From positions 4,949-68,948 of the forward strand of contig CAYUES010000001.1 in NCBI GenBank assembly GCA_964443885.1: a stretch of DNA of 64,000 nucleotides, given 5' to 3'. The stretch comes from an uncultured Pseudomonadales bacterium. Its GTDB lineage: Bacteria > Patescibacteriota > Microgenomatia > UBA1400 > PJMF01. A program made the translations under genes and the position numbers. Positions 28,647 through 36,872 of this stretch are shown here, one piece after another. Below the pieces are notes generated by a model. It made no database searches. It was given only the letters and a program-made list of their open reading frames with translations, and was not told the DNA's origin. Every line of letters starts with the position of its first letter. Positions within the stretch are counted from its first letter, which is position 1.

Positions 28647-29165
28647 ATGAAAAAGAAAGTACTTATTGGTGTGGGTGTTATTTTTATCATCATAGGGGTT
28701 GTCTACGCTAGCATAGCTGCTGGGTTATTGATTGCTTTAAGTCCCCTTTCCACTCTATACAACTTGCATACTGGTAAAAGCATTTCAGGTGTAGTTGTTA
28801 GTTGTGATACTGGATTACCTATTGCTGCTGCTGAAGTAGCAGTTTATGGAGCAGGTTGGGGAATGAGCAATGGAAAATTAATTTGGGATAAGTCGTATGG
28901 TTCAACCACTCAAACAGATAGCTCTGGCCGATATGACCTTACGTATAAGTTAGGGACTTCACTGCAAACAAAAAAAGAAGGATATCTTACTGCTCAAAAT
29001 CATGTAAAGAATGGCGACACAGTTCAGGTAAAACTACGAGAAATCACAGCTGACGTGGATCCAACTGAACTAACTTTTGACTGCCGTTTATCTTCAGAAT
29101 GTTACAAATTACGCGAAGAAGGTGATGTAATAGTAGGTTGGAATGACTGCACCAATCCTAGGTAG
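28647..29165 (+). CDS. Membrane-anchored carboxypeptidase-regulatory-like (CarboxypepD_reg/prealbumin-fold) domain protein
   Basis: N-terminal TM. ISGVVVSCDTGLPIAAAEVAVYG...TDSSGRYDL matches CarboxypepD_reg motif. TATAAT 6 nt upstream of ATG. Confidence 0.55.
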   Translation: MKKKVLIGVGVIFIIIGVVYASIAAGLLIALSPLSTLYNLHTGKSISGVVVSCDTGLPIAAAEVAVYGAGWGMSNGKLIWDKSYGSTTQTDSSGRYDLTYKLGTSLQTKKEGYLTAQNHVKNGDTVQVKLREITADVDPTELTFDCRLSSECYKLREEGDVIVGWNDCTNPR

Positions 29166-29185
29166 ATACTTCTATTCTTCAAGTA

Positions 29186-29653
29186 CTATACTTCAAACGA
29201 CATCTTGGTGTTCACTGACTTAAAACCTTTGCTTTCAAAAAATGAACAAGCGACGCCGTTGTGGTTGAAAACATCAAGTTCAACGTAGGGTATGTTTTGA
29301 TTTTTTGCGCGCGCCTTTACTTCATCAACGAGCTGTGTGCCGATGCCTTTACCTTGAAATTCTTTACTGACAGTAATGTGGCGAATGTACAGCGATTGGT
29401 ACGCAAAGTTTGTAAAGTTTTCATCGTAGGTGCGGACTTCGTAGACCAGATATCCAGTAGCCTGACAGTCTTCTGTTTCGTCAATCAGAATCACGATGTT
29501 ATCGGTATTAAAAAACTCCAAGAATAAGTTTTTGATTTCTTTTTGATTGTACGGTTTGAATTTATCAGGAAAAAGGCGATGATGCAGATCTTGGACATCT
29601 TTATTCAGTTCTGATAAAACAGGAACATCATTGATTGAGGTAGTACGGATCAT
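29186..29653 (-). CDS. GNAT family N-acetyltransferase
   Basis: ITVSKEFQGKGIGTQLV (acetyl-CoA binding Q/RxxGxG/A motif). ATG at 29653 chosen over longer track ORF (29809). Confidence 0.75.
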   Translation of the reverse strand: MIRTTSINDVPVLSELNKDVQDLHHRLFPDKFKPYNQKEIKNLFLEFFNTDNIVILIDETEDCQATGYLVYEVRTYDENFTNFAYQSLYIRHITVSKEFQGKGIGTQLVDEVKARAKNQNIPYVELDVFNHNGVACSFFESKGFKSVNTKMSFEV

Positions 29654-29798
29654 AAAATTTATTATAGCAATATTGTAGTTTAATCTGGTATTTTGGTATA
29701 CCCTGCAGCACGTAGTGCGATCACAATCCTGAGTAAAAGGGTCGAATTCATTTGGGATAGTATGCGTCAAGATAGTTAGCTCTGAGAAGATATAGCTA

Positions 29799-30434
29799 TC
29801 AAAATACAATATTCTTTACTTCGTTGATCATCTTGGCTTTTATCTCTTCCCAACTCACATCTTTGATCATACGTGGCAGAGGCTGTGCTTCTGCATCTTC
29901 AAAATAAACGAGCGATTTTAAAATGTGAGCTTGATTATAATCTACAGCAGAATACTTGGTTTTTGCCTTTTCAAGTAACTCTGGCAAATGATATATACTA
30001 AACAAAAAGAACAAATCCACAAAGTCTTTTTTACTCCCTCTCATGCTGACTGTTTGCAACTTGGTACAGGCAATATCAAGCACAGAACTAAGCTGTATTT
30101 CTTGCCAGTGACCAAGGGGTTCAAGCAATGGGTAGTGATACTCCAAAAACTGCAGTTTGACACCATCAACATAGGTATTTAATGTCCCTGTAGCAAGCTC
30201 AGTGTTGTTAAGTTGTCCTAATCCAGCAACTTCTTTTTCAAGTTGCAGAGGATTAAATTGCTCTGTACAGAAAAAATCCAAATCTTCAGACTCACGATGC
30301 CCTATCTGTAAAGATAGTCCTGTGCCTCCTGACAAATAAAAAGATTTTAGAAACTCAGGCTGTAATTGATGAATTTTTTCAACAAGTTTTGCAGTTTTGC
30401 TGGGTAGTGTTTCGGGGTAAAATGTTGTGCTCAT
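29799..30434 (-). CDS. AbiEii/AbiGii-family nucleotidyltransferase (type IV toxin-antitoxin toxin, DUF1814/PF08843)
   Basis: YLSGGTGLSLQIGHRESEDLDFF matches the AbiEii signature (GGTaLxxxxxHRxSxDlDf). Track start 30452 is TTG; ATG at 30434 overlaps the upstream gene stop as ATGA. Confidence 0.8.
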   Translation of the reverse strand: MSTTFYPETLPSKTAKLVEKIHQLQPEFLKSFYLSGGTGLSLQIGHRESEDLDFFCTEQFNPLQLEKEVAGLGQLNNTELATGTLNTYVDGVKLQFLEYHYPLLEPLGHWQEIQLSSVLDIACTKLQTVSMRGSKKDFVDLFFLFSIYHLPELLEKAKTKYSAVDYNQAHILKSLVYFEDAEAQPLPRMIKDVSWEEIKAKMINEVKNIVF

Positions 30435-30664
30435 GACAGGTAAATCCGCCAAAAATTACTTGATTTAGGTTGTAATTTTAATTGTGGGAGTAAGTTCTGT
30501 AGCTCTACTCTATTGGTCTGCTTAAAAAGCCAGTTTAGTGCTTCAGTATTGCCTTTATCAAGCAGTGTTTGAATGATGTATTTTTTGTGTTTTGACCAAT
30601 CTAGTTCATCTAAATTATCACCCCAAAAATAGGCTTCTAACTGCGTGGGAATCTGTAATTTCAT
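30431..30664 (-). CDS. Small protein translationally coupled to AbiEii toxin gene; candidate antitoxin/partner (not AbiEi-like)
   Basis: 77-aa ORF from ATG 30664 (TATAAT 7 nt upstream). Stop TGA overlaps AbiEii ATG (ATGA at 30431-30434). No wHTH/AbiEi signature seen. Confidence 0.5.
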   Translation of the reverse strand: MKLQIPTQLEAYFWGDNLDELDWSKHKKYIIQTLLDKGNTEALNWLFKQTNRVELQNLLPQLKLQPKSSNFWRIYLS

Positions 30665-30772
30665 TAAGTGTATTATACTAAATTTGGTACAGATTTTCTT
30701 GTTCAAAAGTAATTTTGAGTTCGATACTAGCAGATATAGCTATCAAGTTATAAATAAACTACAATTTCACTC

Positions 30773-31471
30773 ATGAGAAAACAACAGCAGATTTGGCAAA
30801 ACGAACATCTGACAGCCGCTACTCTCCCTTCAGAAATGACTGCATCTTCCATTCAAGAACCATCGAGTTATGTAGTTGCGTTCTGCGATTTTTTGAAAAC
30901 TCAAAATATATGTAGCGGGACACTTATCGATATTGGTGCTGGCAAAGGTAGAAACAGTATTTTCATGGCCAAACAAGGCTTTACCGTGACAGCAATAGAT
31001 TATATTCAAGAAGCAGTTGCATTTATTGATGCAGCTGCAAAAAAAGAAAAATTGGCCAAGCCCCTACAAGCAGTTTGCGCTGCCGCTGACGAAGATTGGC
31101 CATTTGCTGATAACTATTTTGATGTTGCAATCGATTGTTTTGCTTCTATTGATATTGAGACAAGGGCTGGACGAGAAAAATACCGCAGTGAATTACTGCG
31201 TACGCTCAAACCAGGTGGTTTTGCGCTTGTAGTTGTGGTTTCAAGCGATGATGAAATTGAAAAAGAGCTTATTAAAACAAATCCAGGTTTAGAAAAGAAT
31301 AGCAGTATTTGGCAGGTTAATGGAAAGTTTCAAAAAAATTATGATGAAGCAGAATTGAGAGAATTTTATTCTGATTTTAAAATTGTTGAGTTACAAAAAG
31401 TTTCAAAGCAAGCCCGCAAGTTAGGAAAAGATTTTACAGCTTCAAACTTTTGGGTTGTTTTGCAGAAGTAG
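30773..31471 (+). CDS. Class I SAM-dependent methyltransferase, TehB-like
   Basis: LIDIGAGKGRNSIFMA (motif I, cf. TehB DLGCGNGRNS), Rossmann pattern. Confidence 0.65.
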   Translation: MRKQQQIWQNEHLTAATLPSEMTASSIQEPSSYVVAFCDFLKTQNICSGTLIDIGAGKGRNSIFMAKQGFTVTAIDYIQEAVAFIDAAAKKEKLAKPLQAVCAAADEDWPFADNYFDVAIDCFASIDIETRAGREKYRSELLRTLKPGGFALVVVVSSDDEIEKELIKTNPGLEKNSSIWQVNGKFQKNYDEAELREFYSDFKIVELQKVSKQARKLGKDFTASNFWVVLQK

Positions 31472-31610
31472 AAAAAAGTGGGATAAACCTGGACTCCTCG
31501 AACTGATTGCTGCTGTAGAGTTTCAGCGCTTAAAATATTTGAATTGGATAAAAAGTTTAAGCAATAGTAAAGTTAGTAGTAATATTTTATTTTAATAAAA
31601 AAGGATATCT

Positions 31611-32066
31611 ATGAAATATGTTATGTATGCAATTGTAGGAGTTGTCGTATTATTTATTGGCGTTCCTCTTATTGGTGGAATTATTTCTGGTGTAAAACCA
31701 AGTAAATCAATAGAAATGGCTCAACAAAAGCAAGCTGAAAATCGCGAAGTATATGTCCCAGAAGGCTTCACACTTACAAAAAAAGCTGAAGCTACTGAAT
31801 CTGAGTTTGGCACTTTATACGTTACTGAAATGACAAGTTCAGATAATTCTATCCAGATTATCGAATCCACAAGTGCTGCACCAGATTGCAAAGGTGTGAT
31901 CACAGATATGGATGGAGTTTCAACTTGTTATTTTGCAACTGGCACAGTACCAGGAAATCCTAAAGCTCAATTAGTGATGTGGAGTGCAAATGATAAGAGT
32001 TATCAGTTGCAAACTGTAAGTACTCTTATGGAAGCAGAGTTGAAAAAAATTGTAGCAAGTTTGTAA
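31611..32066 (+). CDS. Hypothetical membrane-anchored protein
   Basis: N-terminal TM MKYVMYAIVGVVVLFIGVPLIGGII. SD AAAAGGA upstream. Intrinsic terminator downstream. Confidence 0.45.
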   Translation: MKYVMYAIVGVVVLFIGVPLIGGIISGVKPSKSIEMAQQKQAENREVYVPEGFTLTKKAEATESEFGTLYVTEMTSSDNSIQIIESTSAAPDCKGVITDMDGVSTCYFATGTVPGNPKAQLVMWSANDKSYQLQTVSTLMEAELKKIVASL

Positions 32067-32091
32067 CTTGAAATAGTTTTTGTAAATTAAA

Positions 32092-32120
32092 ACGGGAGCT
32101 AGTTACTCTCGTTTTTTTTT
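32092..32120 (+). terminator. Intrinsic terminator (ACGGGAG-CTAGTTA-CTCTCGT plus T8)
   Basis: 7-bp stem with one G-U, followed by TTTTTTTT at 32113-32120, directly after the stop of 31611..32066. Confidence 0.65.
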
Positions 32121-32122
32121 CG

Positions 32123-32199
32123 TGGTGAGTCGGGAGGGACTCGAACCCTCGACATTTTGCTTAAGAGGCAAACGCTCTAACCAACTGAGCTACCGACCC
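32123..32199 (-). tRNA. tRNA-Lys (anticodon CTT), CCA encoded
   Basis: Reverse complement folds: acceptor GGGTCGG/CCGACTC, D-arm GCTCAGTTGGTTAGAGC, anticodon stem TTTGC/GCAAA with loop CTCTTAA, T-arm GAGGGTTCGAGTCCCTC, then ACCA. Confidence 0.85.
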
Positions 32200-32241
32200 A
32201 TTTTGTTCAACGTGATATTTTACCACGCGATAATTTTACTG

Positions 32242-32313
32242 TGCACCCAGCGGGAATCGAACCCACACAACTTGTTCCGAAGACAAGTGCCCTATCCGTT
32301 AGGCTATGGGTGC
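32242..32313 (-). tRNA. tRNA-Arg (anticodon TCG), no encoded CCA
   Basis: Reverse complement: acceptor GCACCCA/TGGGTGC, anticodon stem CTTGT/ACAAG with loop CTTCGGA, T-loop TTCGATT. Confidence 0.8.
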
Positions 32314-32516
32314 ATAGTCGCCTGCAAATGATATCACATGAGCAAGCTGTAACTATCCTGGATTATACCAACTTTCCTCAAGTATCGCATCACACAGAAC
32401 ACGAGTCGTACCAAAAGTCAAAATCGCACACAGAACCAAGGATTAAAAAGCACGGTGTTTCCAAGTTTTCTCCTACTCCCAAAATTGATCATAAAGGTCT
32501 ATACTCCAGAGGTAAT

Positions 32517-33206
32517 ATGAGTTCCTATTACGAATTAGTCAACAAAACTTTTAATCTTTCCCACCTTCGCGAGTACTTGCACGACAAATTTTCTGTTAAC
32601 GAGCAATCGTTCATTAATCCATTTATCACCGTGGCGCGTGAGCCAGGCAGTGGTGGCGCACCAATCGCCAAGGCTGTTGCCGAGAAGCTCGGCTTTGAGT
32701 TTATCGATGATCAAATTATCGAGGAAATCGCCCGCTCTACCAAACGTCGCAAGGCAGTCATTAAAGAAATTGATGAAAAAAGCCGCACCCGCATCGAAGA
32801 CGTGGTCCACTCGCTGGTGAATATCGAGTATTTAGACGAAGAAACGTATATTTCCGAGTTGGTACGCAGTATTCTCTCGTATGCGCACAAAGGCCGCTGT
32901 GTGATTCTAGGCCGTGGTGCCAACTTTATTACGCCATTTGCCAAAGGGTTGCATGTCAGTATCACCGCTCCGTATGAAGTTCGCGTCGAGCGGGCGATGC
33001 ACTATGAAGGTCTTTCTGAAGAGCAAGCCAAGGAAGTTATCAAAAAAGTTGAGGATGAACGGACAGACTTTGTAAAACAGTACTTTCGCAAAAATTTAAG
33101 TAAACGTAATGTCTTTGACATGACGTTAAACACCCACTACTTTACGGTACCCCAAGCCCGGGACGTGATCGTTGAAGCATTTCATCAAAAATTTGCGTCG
33201 CGGTAA
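32517..33206 (+). CDS. Cytidylate kinase-like family protein (PF13189-like P-loop protein)
   Basis: ITVAREPGSGGAPIAKAVAEKLGFEFIDDQIIEE resembles cytidylate-kinase-like P-loop region. ATG 32517 with GAGGT SD. The track ORF 5' extension (32241) runs through tRNA-Arg and is rejected. Confidence 0.6.
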   Translation: MSSYYELVNKTFNLSHLREYLHDKFSVNEQSFINPFITVAREPGSGGAPIAKAVAEKLGFEFIDDQIIEEIARSTKRRKAVIKEIDEKSRTRIEDVVHSLVNIEYLDEETYISELVRSILSYAHKGRCVILGRGANFITPFAKGLHVSITAPYEVRVERAMHYEGLSEEQAKEVIKKVEDERTDFVKQYFRKNLSKRNVFDMTLNTHYFTVPQARDVIVEAFHQKFASR

Positions 33207-33319
33207 GCCTGCCGTCAATTTTCATAGAAGAAAAGATTACTTAATTTCTCGCTCTACTAGATCTGCCAGAATTCAGTCTTTTGCGGTACAATAAGCCCTT
33301 ACTGTTTCGATGGTAACGT

Positions 33320-33403
33320 GCCGAAATGGCGGAACTGGTAGACGCGCACGCTTCAGGAGCGTGTGGGAGCAATCCCATGGAGGTTCGAGTCCTCTTTTCG
33401 GCA
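33320..33403 (+). tRNA. tRNA-Leu (anticodon CAG), type II
   Basis: Acceptor GCCGAAA/TTTCGGC, anticodon stem CACGC/GCGTG with loop TTCAGGA, long variable arm. Confidence 0.85.
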
Positions 33404-33428
33404 CAGGCTGGTATAATACAGTCGTAAC

Positions 33429-33510
33429 GCCCGGGTGGTGAAATGGTATACACGTACGCTTGAGGTGCGTATGCCGCAAGGTGTGGAGGTTCAACTCCTC
33501 TCCCGGGCAC
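33429..33510 (+). tRNA. tRNA-Leu (anticodon GAG), type II
   Basis: Acceptor GCCCGGG/CCCGGGC, anticodon stem TACGC/GCGTA with loop TTGAGGT, long variable arm. Confidence 0.85.
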
Positions 33511-33557
33511 AAGTAGTACACTGCGGAAAAATAATTCGCAGTTATAATCACTATATT

Positions 33558-33631
33558 GGACGCTTAGCTCAGTTGGTTAGAGCACTGCGTTTACATCGCA
33601 GGTGTCGGGGGTTCGAGTCCCTCAGCGTCCA
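33558..33631 (+). tRNA. tRNA-Val (anticodon TAC)
   Basis: Acceptor GGACGCT/AGCGTCC, D-arm GCTCAGTTGGTTAGAGC, anticodon stem CTGCG/CGCAG with loop TTTACAT. Confidence 0.85.
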
Positions 33632-33670
33632 CAAGTATTTGAAAATACGCTACAATACTGTAGTATTCGA

Positions 33671-33743
33671 GCCAAGCTAGCCAAGTCGGTCACGGCGCAT
33701 GTCTGAAAAACATGAGATTGAGGTTCGATTCCTCAGCTTGGCA
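33671..33743 (+). tRNA. tRNA-Phe (anticodon GAA)
   Basis: Acceptor GCCAAGC/GCTTGGC, anticodon stem CATGT/ACATG with loop CTGAAAA, T-loop TTCGATT. Confidence 0.8.
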
Positions 33744-33775
33744 CATTCAATATAGGTATCCACTACTTGAATGTG

Positions 33776-36643
33776 TTACTTACCCCAAGAAAAAAGATTC
33801 TTAAAAAACTTCATTAGTTTACCAAGTAGTGAAAGCTCCTCGCCATCTGCCGATGTCTCATCGTCTGCAGTTGTTTGAGTATCGGTAGTATCTGATTTTT
33901 TGTTGGTTGTAGATTTGCTATTGGTAGAAGTACGCTCTGTAAGCGTTTCATCATCAGCATCACTACTTTCATCCAGCTCTTCACCAAAACCATCATCTGC
34001 AGAATTTGACTCAGCATACGAAACCAATTGATTGGTGTGCGAAGTCAGTGTACTGCTCCACTCGCCTGGAGCACAGCCATTTCCAGCCCGAATCGCAAAT
34101 CTATAGGTAGCTTGAGGCTCCAAACTTTTGACAGTGAATTCTTGCACACCGTTGCTAGCAGCAGTAAACTCGACTGCATGCTCACCCAGATTTTCTTTGC
34201 CGTATTCAAGTAAGTAGTGGTCGGCATTGTTGTTGACAGGCACAAAGTAAATCGTTGCTTCACTGCCCTTTCGCTCGATAGAAAAAAGGGTCGGCGCGAC
34301 AGCTGGTTTGAAAAACGAGCAGACTGCCTCGGTAATTTTTTGCGAAACTGAAGAACTCGAGCTTTGGGAAGACGCAGCTGGCGTGGCTGTCGGAGTTGGG
34401 GTTGGTGTTGGAGTTGGGCAGTCCCCTTCTGTGGTAACTGTTCTCACCGACGACTCAGCAGTCGCCTCATAGGCATCGGTGCTGACAACTTGATAGTGAT
34501 ACTCTGTACAAGCAGTGAGGCCGCTCAGTTCTACCGTGTGCGAGGTGACGCGTGGAGCGGTATCAGTTTCAGCAGTGGCCGTGCCAAGCGAGCTGGTTAA
34601 GCCGTAGTTTACCTGGCTAGAAGCAGCGCGGGAAGTTGTCCAGGTAAGTTCTACAGTTGTACCCGTTACGGTAGCGTTTATTTCACTCAGTACTGGATCT
34701 TCACCAGTGGAAAGTTGGGTAGTTGCGGTATTAGAAAGTACAGTGTTATCGCGTGCTAGGAGATAACTATAAATTTCTTCGGGTGAAGCCACCCAAATTA
34801 CGTTGGTACCATCTGCTCCATATTCATCATTTGCGTGTTGGGCCACTTGTAAAAGTGCCGCTTCTTTATTGCCATGAGTTAAGGTGTTGTACCAAAAATT
34901 GCGGGTAGTTGTACTATTGGTATTCATCCAGTCAATAATTGCAATTGAGTCGGCTGGATCAACTTCAATGCCGAGGTCACGGCCGATTTTAACGGTATCT
35001 GAGTCTACTGCATCAGCAGATTGTCCAGCTGCCGAGTAGTTGGCAGCACCAGAATTAATAATCATCAAGCCATTGCCCCCAGACTGATTGAACTGGACTT
35101 CAGTCGTGGTATTGGTGCGGTGACTTACAATGAATGGGTCGTAGTCTGCCAAGAAACAAGGTGCTGCAAAACCAATCAGTTTGTATGTGGGTACGCTTGA
35201 TTCAGCAATAATACTTTTTAATCTATTGTACCCATCTAAAATATCAGTTTCCCAGTCGTCTCCCGGTGGGGCGCAGTTTGAGTACCAACCATGATTTCCA
35301 ATCGCCCAACCCATAGCCAGCAACTCCAGAATCCGTGGCTTATCAGCGATCCAGTCTTCTTGGCGAGTATCATTGACTAACTCAGCGATAATATTAACGC
35401 CCCCTGTCCAGCCAAAGCTAGTCATCAGCGCGATTTGTTCATCTAAATAGACGTTGTCATCCATGCTATGACTCCATGCAAATTTTTTGCCGTCTTTGAG
35501 CGGTGCTTTGCCAACAGCAAAACTACCCACATTTTGTGGATTCTTCACCAAGACACGGGCTGTATCGCCGCTGCCAGCAAAATAAACAATGCCCGTGGCA
35601 ATATTATGTGTATATGAAGTGGCAACTCCATCGATGTAGACATTTACTAAGGTTGAACTACCAATAGTGACTTGATAGGTGACGGTTCGCCAATAAATAT
35701 CGGGAATGCCAGAATCATCAATGTCAAAGTCAATCGCGTAGTAAATCGGATTTTCCACGACATTAACGGTGACGGTACCAGTATCGGTGTTAGCGGCAGG
35801 ATCACTAAGGGTGTAGGTAAAGGTGTCACTGCCCACATAGTCAGCTGTTGGAGTGTAGAGAATTTGATTATCTACAACTTGGGCTGTTCCATGGGCGGGC
35901 GTACCTACCCCAGTAACTGTCAGGGCGCCAGACTCAGGATCTGAGTCATTTAGCAAGACATTAAAAGTGGTGGCTGCATTCGTTTCGAAAGAATCATCTA
36001 CAGCGACCGGTGGTAAGTTAATCTCTTCGTAGGTAATAACTAAAGTGGGCTTGGGTTCACCACCACTATAGTCACCAGTGATGAACTGTCGATTGGAAAA
36101 AACTTCTGATCCATTGTCTCCAATCCAGATCATAATGCTGTCGTTGTAGTCCCAATCTGGGTGATCAACGAGTGCTTGAACTAACGCAGTCAGATCTGGT
36201 GAAACGGCAGTTTCGCCAAAGCCTTGATTAGGAACAGAGTTCCAGTCTACGGTAGTCAGAACGAGGTCGCTGGCTCGGGATACAAATTCAGCATAGTTTG
36301 AAGGAGCGGTAACGTCTGGAGAGTCTACCGCTCCAATCGTAACACTCACGGAGTTGCCTCCACTGCCAAAGTACGTTAACTCAAGGCTGGCATTAGAAAT
36401 AGTGGCACCAGGAGCAATTTCTAAACCTGAAAAAAGCAGTAAGTGTTCAACATCTGGACCACCAAAGACCATCAAACTGTCGTCACTATCAAACGTATCA
36501 GGCGCTTCAGCCCAAGTATCGGCAGTACCGGTGCCAACGATGATCTCTGTCGTCGTTTGTGCTTGGACAGTAGAAACAGCAAAATAAGAGAAAAAAATTG
36601 CTAGTAGGAGGTAGCTGAATAATCGGCGCATGACAAAACTCAA
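33776..36643 (-). CDS. Large secreted/surface protein with cadherin-like Ig domain, fibronectin-III-like domain(s), Pro-Thr linker and acidic Ser/Thr-rich C-terminal tail
   Basis: Signal peptide MRRLFSYLLLAIFFSYFAVSTVQA. VAVDDSFETNAATTFNVLLNDSDPESGALTV...DTFTYTLSD (cadherin-like/VCBS pattern). VELTWTTSRAASSQVNYGLTS...CTEYHYQVVSTD (Fn3-like). PTPTPTPTPTATP linker. D/E/S/T-rich tail ending in amphipathic LLGKLMKFFKNLFSWGK. Confidence 0.6.
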   Translation of the reverse strand: MSFVMRRLFSYLLLAIFFSYFAVSTVQAQTTTEIIVGTGTADTWAEAPDTFDSDDSLMVFGGPDVEHLLLFSGLEIAPGATISNASLELTYFGSGGNSVSVTIGAVDSPDVTAPSNYAEFVSRASDLVLTTVDWNSVPNQGFGETAVSPDLTALVQALVDHPDWDYNDSIMIWIGDNGSEVFSNRQFITGDYSGGEPKPTLVITYEEINLPPVAVDDSFETNAATTFNVLLNDSDPESGALTVTGVGTPAHGTAQVVDNQILYTPTADYVGSDTFTYTLSDPAANTDTGTVTVNVVENPIYYAIDFDIDDSGIPDIYWRTVTYQVTIGSSTLVNVYIDGVATSYTHNIATGIVYFAGSGDTARVLVKNPQNVGSFAVGKAPLKDGKKFAWSHSMDDNVYLDEQIALMTSFGWTGGVNIIAELVNDTRQEDWIADKPRILELLAMGWAIGNHGWYSNCAPPGDDWETDILDGYNRLKSIIAESSVPTYKLIGFAAPCFLADYDPFIVSHRTNTTTEVQFNQSGGNGLMIINSGAANYSAAGQSADAVDSDTVKIGRDLGIEVDPADSIAIIDWMNTNSTTTRNFWYNTLTHGNKEAALLQVAQHANDEYGADGTNVIWVASPEEIYSYLLARDNTVLSNTATTQLSTGEDPVLSEINATVTGTTVELTWTTSRAASSQVNYGLTSSLGTATAETDTAPRVTSHTVELSGLTACTEYHYQVVSTDAYEATAESSVRTVTTEGDCPTPTPTPTPTATPAASSQSSSSSVSQKITEAVCSFFKPAVAPTLFSIERKGSEATIYFVPVNNNADHYLLEYGKENLGEHAVEFTAASNGVQEFTVKSLEPQATYRFAIRAGNGCAPGEWSSTLTSHTNQLVSYAESNSADDGFGEELDESSDADDETLTERTSTNSKSTTNKKSDTTDTQTTADDETSADGEELSLLGKLMKFFKNLFSWGK

Positions 36644-36704
36644 AAAAGTATAGTTAATACCTCACTATACTAGACTGTTTGAAGGGAAGAAAGCACCACT
36701 AACT

Positions 36705-36860
36705 TTACTTGCCAATTATCATCTTAAACATCTGTCCAATAAAACCAAAAACGGCCATTATGGAAATAATCAAATACTTAAAGAAAACCTTTACTCCAGA
36801 ATCTGCAGCAGTCGTGCTGATTCTTTTAAATTCATTACTTTGAAAATAATTATTTGACAT
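36705..36860 (-). CDS. Possible unannotated 51-aa single-TM peptide
   Basis: ATG 36860 to TAA 36705. MSNNYFQSNEFKRISTTAADSGVKVFFKYLIISIMAVFGFIGQMFKMIIGK. Below the 60-aa track cutoff. No homology evidence. Confidence 0.2.
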   Translation of the reverse strand: MSNNYFQSNEFKRISTTAADSGVKVFFKYLIISIMAVFGFIGQMFKMIIGK

Positions 36861-36872
36861 ATATACGGTATT

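Noticed and set aside
32241-32516. 5' part of track ORF 32241..33206 (MHPAGIEPTQLVPKTSALSV...)
   Set aside because: This stretch is the reverse strand of tRNA-Arg(TCG) (32242-32313) plus non-coding spacer. The real cytidylate-kinase-like CDS starts at ATG 32517, which has a GAGGT SD.
33241-33680. Track ORFs 33241..33510(-), 33273..33551(-), 33435..33680(+)
   Set aside because: They overlap the Leu-Leu-Val-Phe tRNA cluster and are read-through of structured RNA genes with biased composition. No protein features.
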